Positions 45,129-55,037 of a stretch of DNA of 64,000 nucleotides are shown one piece after another (position 1 is the stretch's first letter; each line of letters opens with the position of its first letter). The notes below the pieces were generated by a model. It saw only the letters and a list, made by a program, of their open reading frames with translations. It made no database searches and was not told the DNA's origin. Source of the DNA: an uncultured Clostridium sp. (GTDB lineage: Bacteria; Bacillota_I; Bacilli_A; RF39; UBA660); the NCBI GenBank assembly GCA_905193755.1, contig CAJJPX010000004.1, positions 105-64,104 of the forward strand, in the 5' to 3' direction. The translations under genes and the position numbers were made by a program.

Positions 45129-46309
45129 AATCTCTCCTTTTCTATTAATTTTATTATACTATAACTATTGATTATAATCATTATGAAAATTAAATTATCT
45201 ACTAAATTCCATAAAAATTTACTTTTAAATATTATTCCACTTACTGCGAAAAGTATAAAGATGAACTTAAATATAATTAGTATTTTCTTATTATTTATTA
45301 AGTATTCTATATTATTCTTTCCTATATAATAACCACTAAGTATAGTTGTAAACCCAAATAGTATATAAAGTGTTAATAAAAAGTAAAGTCCAAATTTACC
45401 TAGTACTTGTGTATATACTCCAGTAAGTAGCAAGTTATAGTTATCAACTACTTCATTTGTACTCATAAATATCAACAAGAGTAATGTTATTATAGTAGTT
45501 ATAAATATACCTATAAAATAAACACTAAGTATTTGATAATTTATTGAAGTCTTTATATCGTTTTTATCACTTGCACTTCCTGTACTAGTTGTTCCTATTA
45601 ATAGTTCATTCATAAATATACTTCTTTTTATACCAATAACTAAACCTGTTAATATTGATTTAACACTTGTGATATCATTCAAGAATAAACTAATGTTTAT
45701 TAAATTAAAATTTTTTATTATTCCGTAGATGCTCACTATTAAAAATAGTATACACATTAGAGGTACTATTTTATTTAGTGAAGATAATACTTCGTCTATT
45801 GAAAGACTAAATGTAATTATAAGTATAAGAATTGAAACTAAAATAATAATTATTTTATTTATATTAAGTAGTTCTAGTAAGTATCCTATTGAGTTCATTT
45901 GAATCATTTGAAATAGAAATGAATAGATAACTATTAAAAGTATTAGTGAAATGATAGAAAGTACTCGTTTATTAAGTCCATATTTAAGTATAAAGTATGG
46001 CCCACCTACATAATTATTTTTATATTCTTTTTTGTATTTGTTTCCAAAATAACTTTCTATATAAATAATGGAAGTAGAAAGTAATGAAAAAAGGATCATC
46101 CATATAACTGATGAGAAACCTCCTATAATTATTGATGAAGTTGTACCTATTAGAGAACCTACTCCTATCTTAGTACCTAGTGTTAGAAATAGTGATGTTT
46201 TATCTTTTGAGATAAGTTCTTTTAAATTAATTTTATAATTTTTTAGTCTTAGTTTTATACTTAGTAAAATAGAGATACTAAATAAAAATATAATTAGCAA
46301 AGTCCACAT
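45125..46309 (-). CDS. divergent alanine/glycine:cation symporter (AGCS)-like membrane protein
   Basis: LGTKIGVGSLIGTTSSIIIGGFSSVIWMILFSLLSTS...YVGGPYFILKYGL parallels the AGCS N-terminal signature (VGTGNIAGV...GGPGAVFWMW...GGPMYY) with many substitutions. At 394 aa it is shorter than the family members I recall. Confidence 0.5.
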   Translation of the reverse strand: MWTLLIIFLFSISILLSIKLRLKNYKINLKELISKDKTSLFLTLGTKIGVGSLIGTTSSIIIGGFSSVIWMILFSLLSTSIIYIESYFGNKYKKEYKNNYVGGPYFILKYGLNKRVLSIISLILLIVIYSFLFQMIQMNSIGYLLELLNINKIIIILVSILILIITFSLSIDEVLSSLNKIVPLMCILFLIVSIYGIIKNFNLINISLFLNDITSVKSILTGLVIGIKRSIFMNELLIGTTSTGSASDKNDIKTSINYQILSVYFIGIFITTIITLLLLIFMSTNEVVDNYNLLLTGVYTQVLGKFGLYFLLTLYILFGFTTILSGYYIGKNNIEYLINNKKILIIFKFIFILFAVSGIIFKSKFLWNLVDNLIFIMIIINSYSIIKLIEKERL

Positions 46310-46342
46310 ACTAATTATATTTACGTATATAAAAAGTTATCA

Positions 46343-46780
46343 CTATTTATGATAACTTTCATTGTTTAATATTTTAAAACTTCTATATATTTGTTCTAGT
46401 AATATGCCTCTAAATAGTCCATGAGGAAATGTTAGTTTTGAAAAAGATAGTCTAAGATTGCATTTATTCTTTACTTCATCATTTATCCCATCACTTCCAC
46501 CTATTATAAATGTTATAGTTCCATGTCTACTTGTGAATGCATTATCTATTATGTTTGATAGTTCTACTGATGTATATTCTTTACCATTTATATCCATACA
46601 TATATTAAAGTCTTTATCATTTATAGATCCTAATATTTCATTTGATTCTTTATTTATGTTAGTATCTTTAAGTTCTATAATTTCTATTTTATGATATTTA
46701 GTTATTCTTGTTTTATAGTCTTGTATTAAATCACTTAGGTATTTTTCTTTTATTTTGCCTACACATAATATTCTTATCAT
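46343..46780 (-). CDS. rlmH: 23S rRNA (pseudouridine1915-N3)-methyltransferase
   Basis: SPOUT RlmH pattern: CVGKIKEKYL, ITFIIGGSDG, LSFSKLTFPHGLFRGILLEQIYRSFKI, YHK end. Confidence 0.9.
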   Translation of the reverse strand: MIRILCVGKIKEKYLSDLIQDYKTRITKYHKIEIIELKDTNINKESNEILGSINDKDFNICMDINGKEYTSVELSNIIDNAFTSRHGTITFIIGGSDGINDEVKNKCNLRLSFSKLTFPHGLFRGILLEQIYRSFKILNNESYHK

Positions 46781-48237
46781 TATTTATATATTAACATTGG
46801 ATTCATGTATTGGCCATTTTTCTTGATAGCTAAGTGAAGGTGTTTACCAGTTGATTTACCTGTTGAACCCATCATACCTATTAGTTGACCTTTATCCACT
46901 TTATCTCCTTTGTCTACTAGTCTTGATCTTAAGTGCATGTAAATTGAAGTATACCCATTGCCATGGTCTATATCTACATGATTACCCATTGAACTACTAT
47001 ACCCTGAAGCTACTACTGTACCACTTTGTATAGCATATATATTGTCTACTTTAGTACCAACTATATCTACTCCTCTATGCATTGAGCCTGCGGCTCCTGT
47101 TACTGGATCTCTTCGGTATCCATACATAGATGAGAATCTAAATGGTTTTGATGTAGGCCATGCCCAATATGTAGTATTTCCATAGTATGAAACATTTTTA
47201 GCTCCGATTACTACTATTTCATCTATTGCTTCGTTAATGATTTCTTCTGAAACTAGTTCAGATTTCATGATAACACCATTTTTTTCTTGTGTTGCGAATA
47301 CTACCTTAGATAGACCATTTACTCCTTTTTGTTTTGTATATTTTGTTGATGCATCTAAATTCTTATCTAGTACTACTTTTGTTTCATGTTTAATAGTTTG
47401 TGTTTCTGTTTCGAATGAATCTACCATTATCTTAGCTACTGGATCTATGGTTGCTACGATTACTTCTTGTCCTACTGCTAATAAGGCATTTTCTCCTGCT
47501 ATATCAGGGTTTGCTATTAAGAAATCTTGTACTCCAAGTTTATTCTTTTCAGCTATTGTTTCTATAGTATCACTAGCTTTAACTGTGTATTTGTGTGTTA
47601 AATTAGTTGTCCCAAATAAGAAGTACATACTTAAATCATCTGCGTTTGTCATTATATCATTTTCTGTAGATATAAGTGTTTTCTTGATAGTAACGTCATC
47701 GCCGAAGTATACATCTGTTACTTCAGTTCCTTCTTCATCTGTTTCTTTAGTTTTACCATCTAAGTAATCTTGATAGTCTTTCTTACTTAAGAATGCTGTT
47801 ACTGTGTTTTCTACTGCTTTATCTAAATCTTCTTTATTTAAAACATAAAACTTTTTATTAGTATTATCTTCTAATGTAACTGTTACTTCATATCCTTCAA
47901 TAGTGAATGAATCTAAGTCTTTTATATCATCGTATACTTCTTGCGCTGTCATTATGTTTGTTCTATAAGTTTTAATATTTTGTACTTCTAATCCTGATGG
48001 TGGATATACTTTATTAACCTTATATTTTTCTTTTAATTCAGTTTGTTCTTGATCTATTAAGTTATAAAGTTCATCTCTTGATTTAATAAGACCTATTCTT
48101 TCTCCACCTAATGATATTTGATAATAATTATTAACTGTTCTTTCTACTGGTTTGAATGTTAAACACATATAAAGAACTATTGATATTACGAATATACCAA
48201 ATAATATATTCGCAGTTGTTAACTCTTTTTTATTCAT
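46780..48237 (-). CDS. M23-family metallopeptidase with LysM domain
   Basis: LysM YTVKASDTIETIAEKNKLGVQDFLIANP. M23 motifs HRGVDI, DHGNGYTSIYMHL and GKHLHLAI. The ATG at 48237 lies 6 nt after AAGGAAG. Confidence 0.85.
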   Translation of the reverse strand: MNKKELTTANILFGIFVISIVLYMCLTFKPVERTVNNYYQISLGGERIGLIKSRDELYNLIDQEQTELKEKYKVNKVYPPSGLEVQNIKTYRTNIMTAQEVYDDIKDLDSFTIEGYEVTVTLEDNTNKKFYVLNKEDLDKAVENTVTAFLSKKDYQDYLDGKTKETDEEGTEVTDVYFGDDVTIKKTLISTENDIMTNADDLSMYFLFGTTNLTHKYTVKASDTIETIAEKNKLGVQDFLIANPDIAGENALLAVGQEVIVATIDPVAKIMVDSFETETQTIKHETKVVLDKNLDASTKYTKQKGVNGLSKVVFATQEKNGVIMKSELVSEEIINEAIDEIVVIGAKNVSYYGNTTYWAWPTSKPFRFSSMYGYRRDPVTGAAGSMHRGVDIVGTKVDNIYAIQSGTVVASGYSSSMGNHVDIDHGNGYTSIYMHLRSRLVDKGDKVDKGQLIGMMGSTGKSTGKHLHLAIKKNGQYMNPMLIYK

Positions 48238-49573
48238 TTCCATCTTCCTTATTTGAATAATTATCAAATTTACCTGTGTTCATCTTGAATAATAAGTTTA
48301 CTGTTCCAGTTGAACCTGCTCTGTGTTTTGCAACTAGTAGTTCTATTTTTCTATTTACATTTCCATCGTATTTTCCATATTCATCACTATGAAGGAAAAG
48401 TACTATGTCGGCATCTTGTTCTATAGAACCTGATTCTCTTAAATCTGATAATTTAGGTTTATTGTCACCGCCTTTTCTTTGTTCAACGCTTCTTGATAGT
48501 TGCGCTAGCGCTATTACTGGAATATCTAATTCCATTGCTAATTTTTTTATATCACGGCTTATTTCACTTACTTCTTGAACTCTTTGTCCAGCGTATTTAC
48601 TTGATGAAGAAAGTAATTGTAAGTAATCTATTATTATTAGGTCTAAACCATCATCTGAGTTTTTAAGTTTTCTACATTTTCTTCTTATTTCACTTACTGT
48701 TAAACCACCTGAATCGTCTACATAGAATTTAGTATCAGATAGTTCACTCATGGCTTCGTTCCATTTTTTCCAATCAGTGTTTTTAAGTTTACCTGTTTTT
48801 AGGACGTCTCCATCGAGTCTACCTACTACTCCAAACATTCTTTTTGCTATTTCTTCTACACCCATTTCTAGTGAGAATAATGCTACACTTTTTTTATCAT
48901 GTATTGCTGCATTAAGTCCAACATTTAGTGAGAATGCACTTTTACCACAACCTGGACGACCAGCTATAATTATAACTTGTTTCTTTTGAAGTCCTCTTGT
49001 CATCGCATCAAAGTCATAATATCCTGTTCTAAGACCAGTATATTCATCTCCTGAGTCAGCTAGAGCTTCTAAATTCTTTTGTACTTCAGGAAGTACATCT
49101 TGTATCTTTTGAATATCACGTCCTAGTTTATCATTGTAAACACTAAGAATATTTCTTTCAGCATTTTCTACTATATCTACGACTGAATCTTTTTCATCAT
49201 AGCATTCTTCTTGTATTTTAGTACTCTTTTCTATTAAATTGCGAAGTACACTTTTTTCAAATATAATCTTTATATAGTATCCTAAGTTTGCTGTTGATGG
49301 TACTGAATCTATAATCTTAGTAATGTACTCTACTCCACCAACTTTAGATAATGATTTTGTTTTGTCTAACTCATTACATACTGTTTGAACATCTACTGGT
49401 ATATTATTTATATGAAGATTTTTCATAGTTTTGAATATTATTCTATTTTCTTCATAATAAAACATCTCTTCAGTTACTTCATCAAGTATTCTATCTAACG
49501 CTGATTTTTCTAAGAATCCACAACCAAGAACTGATATTTCTGCATCTTTATTTTGAGGTTCTTGTCTTGCCAT
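48230..49573 (-). CDS. dnaB: replicative DNA helicase
   Basis: PQNKDAEISVLG N-terminus, Walker A GRPGCGKSAF, IIIDYLQLL, ALAQLSRSVEQR. Confidence 0.95.
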   Translation of the reverse strand: MARQEPQNKDAEISVLGCGFLEKSALDRILDEVTEEMFYYEENRIIFKTMKNLHINNIPVDVQTVCNELDKTKSLSKVGGVEYITKIIDSVPSTANLGYYIKIIFEKSVLRNLIEKSTKIQEECYDEKDSVVDIVENAERNILSVYNDKLGRDIQKIQDVLPEVQKNLEALADSGDEYTGLRTGYYDFDAMTRGLQKKQVIIIAGRPGCGKSAFSLNVGLNAAIHDKKSVALFSLEMGVEEIAKRMFGVVGRLDGDVLKTGKLKNTDWKKWNEAMSELSDTKFYVDDSGGLTVSEIRRKCRKLKNSDDGLDLIIIDYLQLLSSSSKYAGQRVQEVSEISRDIKKLAMELDIPVIALAQLSRSVEQRKGGDNKPKLSDLRESGSIEQDADIVLFLHSDEYGKYDGNVNRKIELLVAKHRAGSTGTVNLLFKMNTGKFDNYSNKEDGNE

Positions 49574-49581
49574 AAAAACTC

Positions 49582-50019
49582 CTACTTAACTAAAACTACA
49601 TTCACTGTAAAACTAACTTGTTTATGTAAATTAATAGTTACTATGTGAGTTCCTAGTGAATTTATTTCTCCATCTATAATTATTTTTTTCTTATCTATTT
49701 TATATCCTAATTTAGATAATTCTTCACTAATTTGTTTAGCTGTTATAGTACCAAATACTTTATCATTAGTACCTGTTTTAACCTTGAATTCAATTTTTTT
49801 ATCTTTAAGTTTATTCTTAATATCATTGCATTCTTTTATAAGTTCTTGTTCTTTTTCATTTCTTTCATCTATTTCGCCTTGAAGAACATTCATACTTTTT
49901 GATGTGTATGGTACTGCTAACTTTTTAGAAATTAAGAATTTAGCATATCCATCTTTAACTTCTTTGATTTCATCTTTCTTTGCTTGCTTTTTTACATCTT
50001 CAATAAATATAACTTTCAT
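49582..50019 (-). CDS. rplI: 50S ribosomal protein L9
   Basis: MKVIFIEDVKKQAKKDEIKEVKDGYAKFLI. 145 aa, immediately upstream of dnaB. Confidence 0.95.
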   Translation of the reverse strand: MKVIFIEDVKKQAKKDEIKEVKDGYAKFLISKKLAVPYTSKSMNVLQGEIDERNEKEQELIKECNDIKNKLKDKKIEFKVKTGTNDKVFGTITAKQISEELSKLGYKIDKKKIIIDGEINSLGTHIVTINLHKQVSFTVNVVLVK

Positions 50020-50080
50020 AAGTCACCTCCATACAAATTAATGTATAAATATTATATCATACCTAATACTAAAAAAAAAG

Positions 50081-50109
50081 TTGTAAAAACTCTTAAAATA
50101 GTATATACT
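50081..50109 (+). promoter_or_regulatory. sigma-A-type promoter of 50139..51548
   Basis: TTGTAA, 17 nt, TATACT, followed by SD GGAGGT and the ATG. Confidence 0.55.
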
Positions 50110-50138
50110 TATTTTAGAATAATAATGGAGGTAAACGA

Positions 50139-51548
50139 ATGATAGTAACTTTAGAAATGGCTAAGTCTTTTGAAGCTCAAGTCAAACTTATTCTTATGAA
50201 TTTATATGGTAAAATGTTACCTTCTGATAAAGTAGCTTTACTTAATAATACTGAATATATAGATGAAGAGATTATTAAAGGAAATGCTCGTGATGTATGT
50301 AATAATATAGTTAGAAAAGTAACTGGAAGTTTAATTGATGTGACTTGTACTAAAGAACTTCCTATATCTGAGGATGATTATAGAAGTGTATTATATGGTG
50401 AATATTTAAATAAAGGGCTTGTTGAATATTATTCACAAAAGGTTGCTGAAAAGTTAAAACTTAATTTAGATGATAAACCTGAATTAGCTGAAAATTTAGA
50501 GGTTATTAGAGCTTTATATGATAAATTAGGTGATGGTCTTGATGAAAAGGTATTTACTGAAGATGCTGTTGCATTATTAGATGCTGCTAAACTTGAAGAA
50601 TTAGTTACAAAATGTGATAATGAGGCTATAGAAGATTATTTAAAGAGTTTGAGTACTGCTAAAGATATTGATGAACCTACTGTTGATATCACACCTCAAA
50701 ATGGTGCTGGTGAAAAACTTGATGAAGAAGGAAGAGTTCAAATTGTTTATTTAGATGGAAAACAATATATAAAATATGTTGATAAAAATGATGAAACACA
50801 TTTAGTAGAAAGTAATGATTCTAGACACGTTTCAGAAATATATAGAAGAACTATGTTGAATTTAAGACCAGGTGATAAATTAGACCCTGAAGCTTTCTTT
50901 AATGAACTTACTTCTTATATTCCAGAGACTGATTTAAATGTTAAAGAAGATATTAAAACTGATAGCTTAAATAACGAAGAAGTTAATATGATGAATTATA
51001 TTCATGGTAAAGAGGATTTTAGATTAGATGCTCAAGAAGATGTTATAACTCATAGTAGTGATCAAAAGATTCATGTTATTGAAAATACAAATGATATAGT
51101 TGTAACTAATGACGATGATGGTCGTGTTGAATCTGTTGTTATAAGTGATGATGAAGAAGCTAAAATAAATGATGAAGTTAAGCAAGATAAACCTCAAGAA
51201 GAGGAGATAGATGATGAAAAAGTATTAACTCCAGAAGAGTATGAAGAACTATGTATGAAGTTTGCTAATAATGAAGAATTAACTATAGAAGAATTAAGAG
51301 CGCTTAGAAGAAGTACTCCTGAAGAGATGAAGAAAACTGAAGAAGCTCAAGAATTCCAAGAAGAATTGCAACAAGAAGAAAGTAAAATGATTGAAGAACA
51401 AAAAGGACCTGTTTTTAAATATCCTGGTTATAAATATGGAAGTGCTGCTTTTACTAATAAATATTTATTAATTTATATAGTTCTTATTACTATATGTATA
51501 GGTTTTATAGTTGGAGCATTACTATTTAAGACATTTGGAATGAAATAA
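50139..51548 (+). CDS. acidic, C-terminally membrane-anchored hypothetical protein
   Basis: D/E-rich over most of its length, with a single C-terminal TM (YLLIYIVLITICIGFIVGALLF). Confidence 0.6.
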   Translation: MIVTLEMAKSFEAQVKLILMNLYGKMLPSDKVALLNNTEYIDEEIIKGNARDVCNNIVRKVTGSLIDVTCTKELPISEDDYRSVLYGEYLNKGLVEYYSQKVAEKLKLNLDDKPELAENLEVIRALYDKLGDGLDEKVFTEDAVALLDAAKLEELVTKCDNEAIEDYLKSLSTAKDIDEPTVDITPQNGAGEKLDEEGRVQIVYLDGKQYIKYVDKNDETHLVESNDSRHVSEIYRRTMLNLRPGDKLDPEAFFNELTSYIPETDLNVKEDIKTDSLNNEEVNMMNYIHGKEDFRLDAQEDVITHSSDQKIHVIENTNDIVVTNDDDGRVESVVISDDEEAKINDEVKQDKPQEEEIDDEKVLTPEEYEELCMKFANNEELTIEELRALRRSTPEEMKKTEEAQEFQEELQQEESKMIEEQKGPVFKYPGYKYGSAAFTNKYLLIYIVLITICIGFIVGALLFKTFGMK

Positions 51549-51559
51549 AAATTAGATAA

Positions 51560-52189
51560 TTACTTATCTAATTTTTTTATACAGAACTCCCATAGTGTTT
51601 TAGGTTTTTCATATCTATCCATATGTTTTTCTTCTAAAGATATAATTTCAAAATCTTTGAATAATTCATTAAAATCTTCTTCTATAAAGAATCTTTTATA
51701 TATTTCTCCATCATAATAGAAATTCTTTTCTAATACTTTTGCATTTACCGGTATATGATATTTATCATTAGTTGAGTTTACTCTACCTATTAGGTATCCT
51801 CCACTTTTTAATACTCTATATATTTCACTTATTATATATTTTGTCTTTTCTGTATCAAAGTAATGAAGACTTAAGTCTGCGATAATAACATTTATTTCAT
51901 TATCTTTGAATGGAAGACTCTCACTCATATCAAATACGCTTGTATTTAATTCTTTATATTCAGTATTTAAAATACTAATTACTTCAGTTGAAAAGTCACA
52001 AGCGGTTACATCTTTAAAACCATTATCAAGTAAGTATAGACTTGTATATGCTCTTCCACAACCTAGTTCTATTATTTTGTCGTTTTTGTTAAGTAAATAT
52101 ATATATTTGTCAAACCAATTGTCATATGAAGAAGTATATTTTAAATGTATTCTATCCCAGTATTTATCTAAGTTATTCACAATTATCAC
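51560..52189 (-). CDS. class I SAM-dependent methyltransferase
   Basis: Motif I IIELGCGRAYTS, an acidic residue after beta2 (ACDFS), and IIADLSLHY. Confidence 0.8.
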   Translation of the reverse strand: MIIVNNLDKYWDRIHLKYTSSYDNWFDKYIYLLNKNDKIIELGCGRAYTSLYLLDNGFKDVTACDFSTEVISILNTEYKELNTSVFDMSESLPFKDNEINVIIADLSLHYFDTEKTKYIISEIYRVLKSGGYLIGRVNSTNDKYHIPVNAKVLEKNFYYDGEIYKRFFIEEDFNELFKDFEIISLEEKHMDRYEKPKTLWEFCIKKLDK

Positions 52190-52272
52190 CTAATATTATT
52201 TTATCAAATAGTTTATCAGTTATCAAATTAACTTTATAGCAAGTGTAAACAAAAAGATATAGGAAACTATAT

Positions 52273-53913
52273 CTAATTTTTCTTTTTAAGTCTTAGTTTT
52301 TTTAGTATGCTATCAACATATTCTTTTCCAAGTGAATCATAAAGTAAGTTATTTTTATATGCGATTACTCCGTAGATGATAGCACCTACTAAAGCACAAA
52401 TAAGACATGTTATGATTGATGTTAATCTTGTAGTGAAGAATGGACTTATTAAGTGTTCTAGTATTAGGACTACTACTATCATACTAAATAATGGTAATAT
52501 TGCTTTTTTAAGTGTTAGTAATAAATCATTATATTTAAAGTTCATATCTTTCTTTAATTTTCTAAGTGATATATTTAATGATAGTGTTGTACCTATCATG
52601 GTTGAAATAATAGCTCCATAGTAAGGGTATATACCTATTTTACTACATAGTATCATTAGTGGTATATCAAGTATAGCATTTGTTATAAGTCCTGTGAATG
52701 TACTTAAATAAATTGTTTTAAATTTATCTAAACTTTGAAGTGATGTGTTTACTACCATATTAATATTACCTAACATTATTGAGTATGGTAAGAGTCTTAA
52801 TATAATGCTTCCATATTCACTGTATCCATAGAATATATAGTATACTTCTTTTGCTAGTAAGGAAATACCTATACTCATTGGAAGTCCTATTACTATTACC
52901 ATAGCTATTGATTTTATAAATTGATTATTTATTGCTTTGTAATCTTTTTTTACATAGTATGATGACATATGAGGAATTATATTAATTGTAAGACCAAATG
53001 TTATAGCATTTACTATTAAGCATATTTTAGATGCCCATGTTGCCATTATACTGCCTATTGTTTCAGCTACTTTACCAGTGTATCCTAAGTATCCAAGCCC
53101 TCTTATGATAAGTGATAAGTCTGTCATATTATAAAGATCTGTTGTAATTGAAACTATCATTAATGGTATACTAAATGATACTATTTTCTTTAGTATTGTT
53201 TTATCTGATACAGCGTCTTTTTGATTCTTTGATGGCATATTAAATTCTTTTTTATTTTTACGAATTTTCACTTCTAAATAGATGTATGCTGAAAGGCCTG
53301 CTATGAATGCTCCAAAAACTGCTATTGCTACACCTACACTTGTTTTAGCGTGAAATACATTTATTGCTAAGTAAGAACCTACTAATATAAATGCGACTCT
53401 TACCACTTGCTCTATTACTTCTCCAGTAGTACTTACTGTTATAAATTTTTGTCCTTGTAAGTATCCACGTTTTACTGCTAAATATGGAACTATTAACAAA
53501 CAAAAAGAAATACTTCTTATAACAAGTACCACGTCTTCTATAGAATTGCCCGTAGAATCTATATCACCTATAAAAATATATGCTGCTTGTTTAGCAAAGA
53601 TAAACATAAGTAAAAATAATATAGTTGACAACACTACCATTATCTTATTACCTATTTTATAAGTTCGCTCTTTAGCTTCATACATTTCAAGTGTGTTATA
53701 TTCACTTATAATTTTACTTATAGCATGAGGAATACCAATTGTACATATATTAATTATTAAGCTATATACAGTATAAGCATAACTATATAAAGCGCCACCA
53801 AGTTCCCCTACTATTGCATAAAAAGGAATTACATATATAGCACCAAGAAACTTTATTATTAAAAATGAAAGTGATGCAAAGATAGTTCCCTCTATAAATG
53901 AATTTTTTTTCAT
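52273..53913 (-). CDS. MOP-superfamily flippase (SpoVB/YtgP/MurJ-like polysaccharide biosynthesis protein)
   Basis: About 14 TM segments, 546 aa, N-terminus FIEGTIFASLSFLIIKFLGAIYVIPF typical of this family. Confidence 0.75.
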   Translation of the reverse strand: MKKNSFIEGTIFASLSFLIIKFLGAIYVIPFYAIVGELGGALYSYAYTVYSLIINICTIGIPHAISKIISEYNTLEMYEAKERTYKIGNKIMVVLSTILFLLMFIFAKQAAYIFIGDIDSTGNSIEDVVLVIRSISFCLLIVPYLAVKRGYLQGQKFITVSTTGEVIEQVVRVAFILVGSYLAINVFHAKTSVGVAIAVFGAFIAGLSAYIYLEVKIRKNKKEFNMPSKNQKDAVSDKTILKKIVSFSIPLMIVSITTDLYNMTDLSLIIRGLGYLGYTGKVAETIGSIMATWASKICLIVNAITFGLTINIIPHMSSYYVKKDYKAINNQFIKSIAMVIVIGLPMSIGISLLAKEVYYIFYGYSEYGSIILRLLPYSIMLGNINMVVNTSLQSLDKFKTIYLSTFTGLITNAILDIPLMILCSKIGIYPYYGAIISTMIGTTLSLNISLRKLKKDMNFKYNDLLLTLKKAILPLFSMIVVVLILEHLISPFFTTRLTSIITCLICALVGAIIYGVIAYKNNLLYDSLGKEYVDSILKKLRLKKKN

Positions 53914-54089
53914 GACTTCTCCTTATACAGTATCATTGCTGAAAAACAATATATTTGTTCATCTCCAAATATTGAAACAGCAGTTCTAAACTGTATATCT
54001 ATTATATCATAAGTTCCAGATATTAAAAATGTATTTATACTCCTTTCTAAGTCTTTTTCATGATTTTCATCTATTATTTTAACTTTCAT
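53910..54089 (-). CDS. cse60: sporulation protein Cse60-like
   Basis: MKVKIIDENHEKDLERSINTFL...IDIQF...DEQIYCFSAMILY pattern. 59 aa from the ATG at 54089. Its stop overlaps the flippase start. Confidence 0.65.
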   Translation of the reverse strand: MKVKIIDENHEKDLERSINTFLISGTYDIIDIQFRTAVSIFGDEQIYCFSAMILYKEKS

Positions 54090-54149
54090 AATTTTATTCA
54101 CCAAGTATAATTTATCATAATCAAAATAAAAATAATGTCGAATTTGACA

Positions 54150-55037
54150 TTATTTCTTATTATTTTTATCTTTTGTTTTTTTAGTATCTTTTACTTTCTT
54201 TCTTATTTCTTCTAGTTTTATTGCATTTGTTTTTTCTATGCTTGTGTCTGTGTTGTGTTTGTTTAGATAAAGTCCTAAAACAAATACATAAGCTAGTCCA
54301 TAGAACCATAATAGTAATATAACTATATTTGTTAAGTTTCCATATATCATATCATATTTAGCTATGTTATTAATATAATATGAGAATACATTTGTAAGTA
54401 ATAACCAACTTATTGTTGTGAATATTGCTCCTTTAGTCATATATTTACTTGGTATACTTTCGTCTGGTGCGATTGTATAAACTAATTTTATAAAGAAATA
54501 TACAAAGATTAGTGATACTGGTACTTGTAATATAACATATACTGCTTTTACTAGTCTTTCATTCTTTGTTAAGAAGTCTGTGAATGTACCGATAAGTGCT
54601 AGTATTGATTTACCAAATAGTGGAACTATTACTATGAATGCAAATAGTAGAATTATACAGAATGTTAATATTATTGCTTTAATCATTCTTTTTAGGTATG
54701 AAGCATTTTCTACTTCGAATATTGTATTACTAGCTAATATTATAGCATGACAACCATTTGCTGAAATAATAAGTCCAAATGCTAATGTAATTACTGAACT
54801 AAGTGTTATTTGATCAGTAAATATTGGTTGAACTAGTTCTACTACTCCCGGTGGAAAAGTTTCTACTAAGAAGTTTTGAATAATATCTATTGGTAAATTG
54901 AATTGAGTAAGAAAAAAGAATATTAATGTTAATAATGGAATTAATGCTAAAAAGAATGAGAATGCCAGATTACCTGGTAGTACTCCCAATTCTTTTCCAA
55001 ATACTAAATTATATATTTCTTTTATCTTTTCTTTCAT
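54150..55037 (-). CDS. YihY/BrkB-family membrane protein
   Basis: LGVLPGNLAFSFFLALIPLLTLI and six TM segments. Basic C-tail. Confidence 0.75.
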   Translation of the reverse strand: MKEKIKEIYNLVFGKELGVLPGNLAFSFFLALIPLLTLIFFFLTQFNLPIDIIQNFLVETFPPGVVELVQPIFTDQITLSSVITLAFGLIISANGCHAIILASNTIFEVENASYLKRMIKAIILTFCIILLFAFIVIVPLFGKSILALIGTFTDFLTKNERLVKAVYVILQVPVSLIFVYFFIKLVYTIAPDESIPSKYMTKGAIFTTISWLLLTNVFSYYINNIAKYDMIYGNLTNIVILLLWFYGLAYVFVLGLYLNKHNTDTSIEKTNAIKLEEIRKKVKDTKKTKDKNNKK

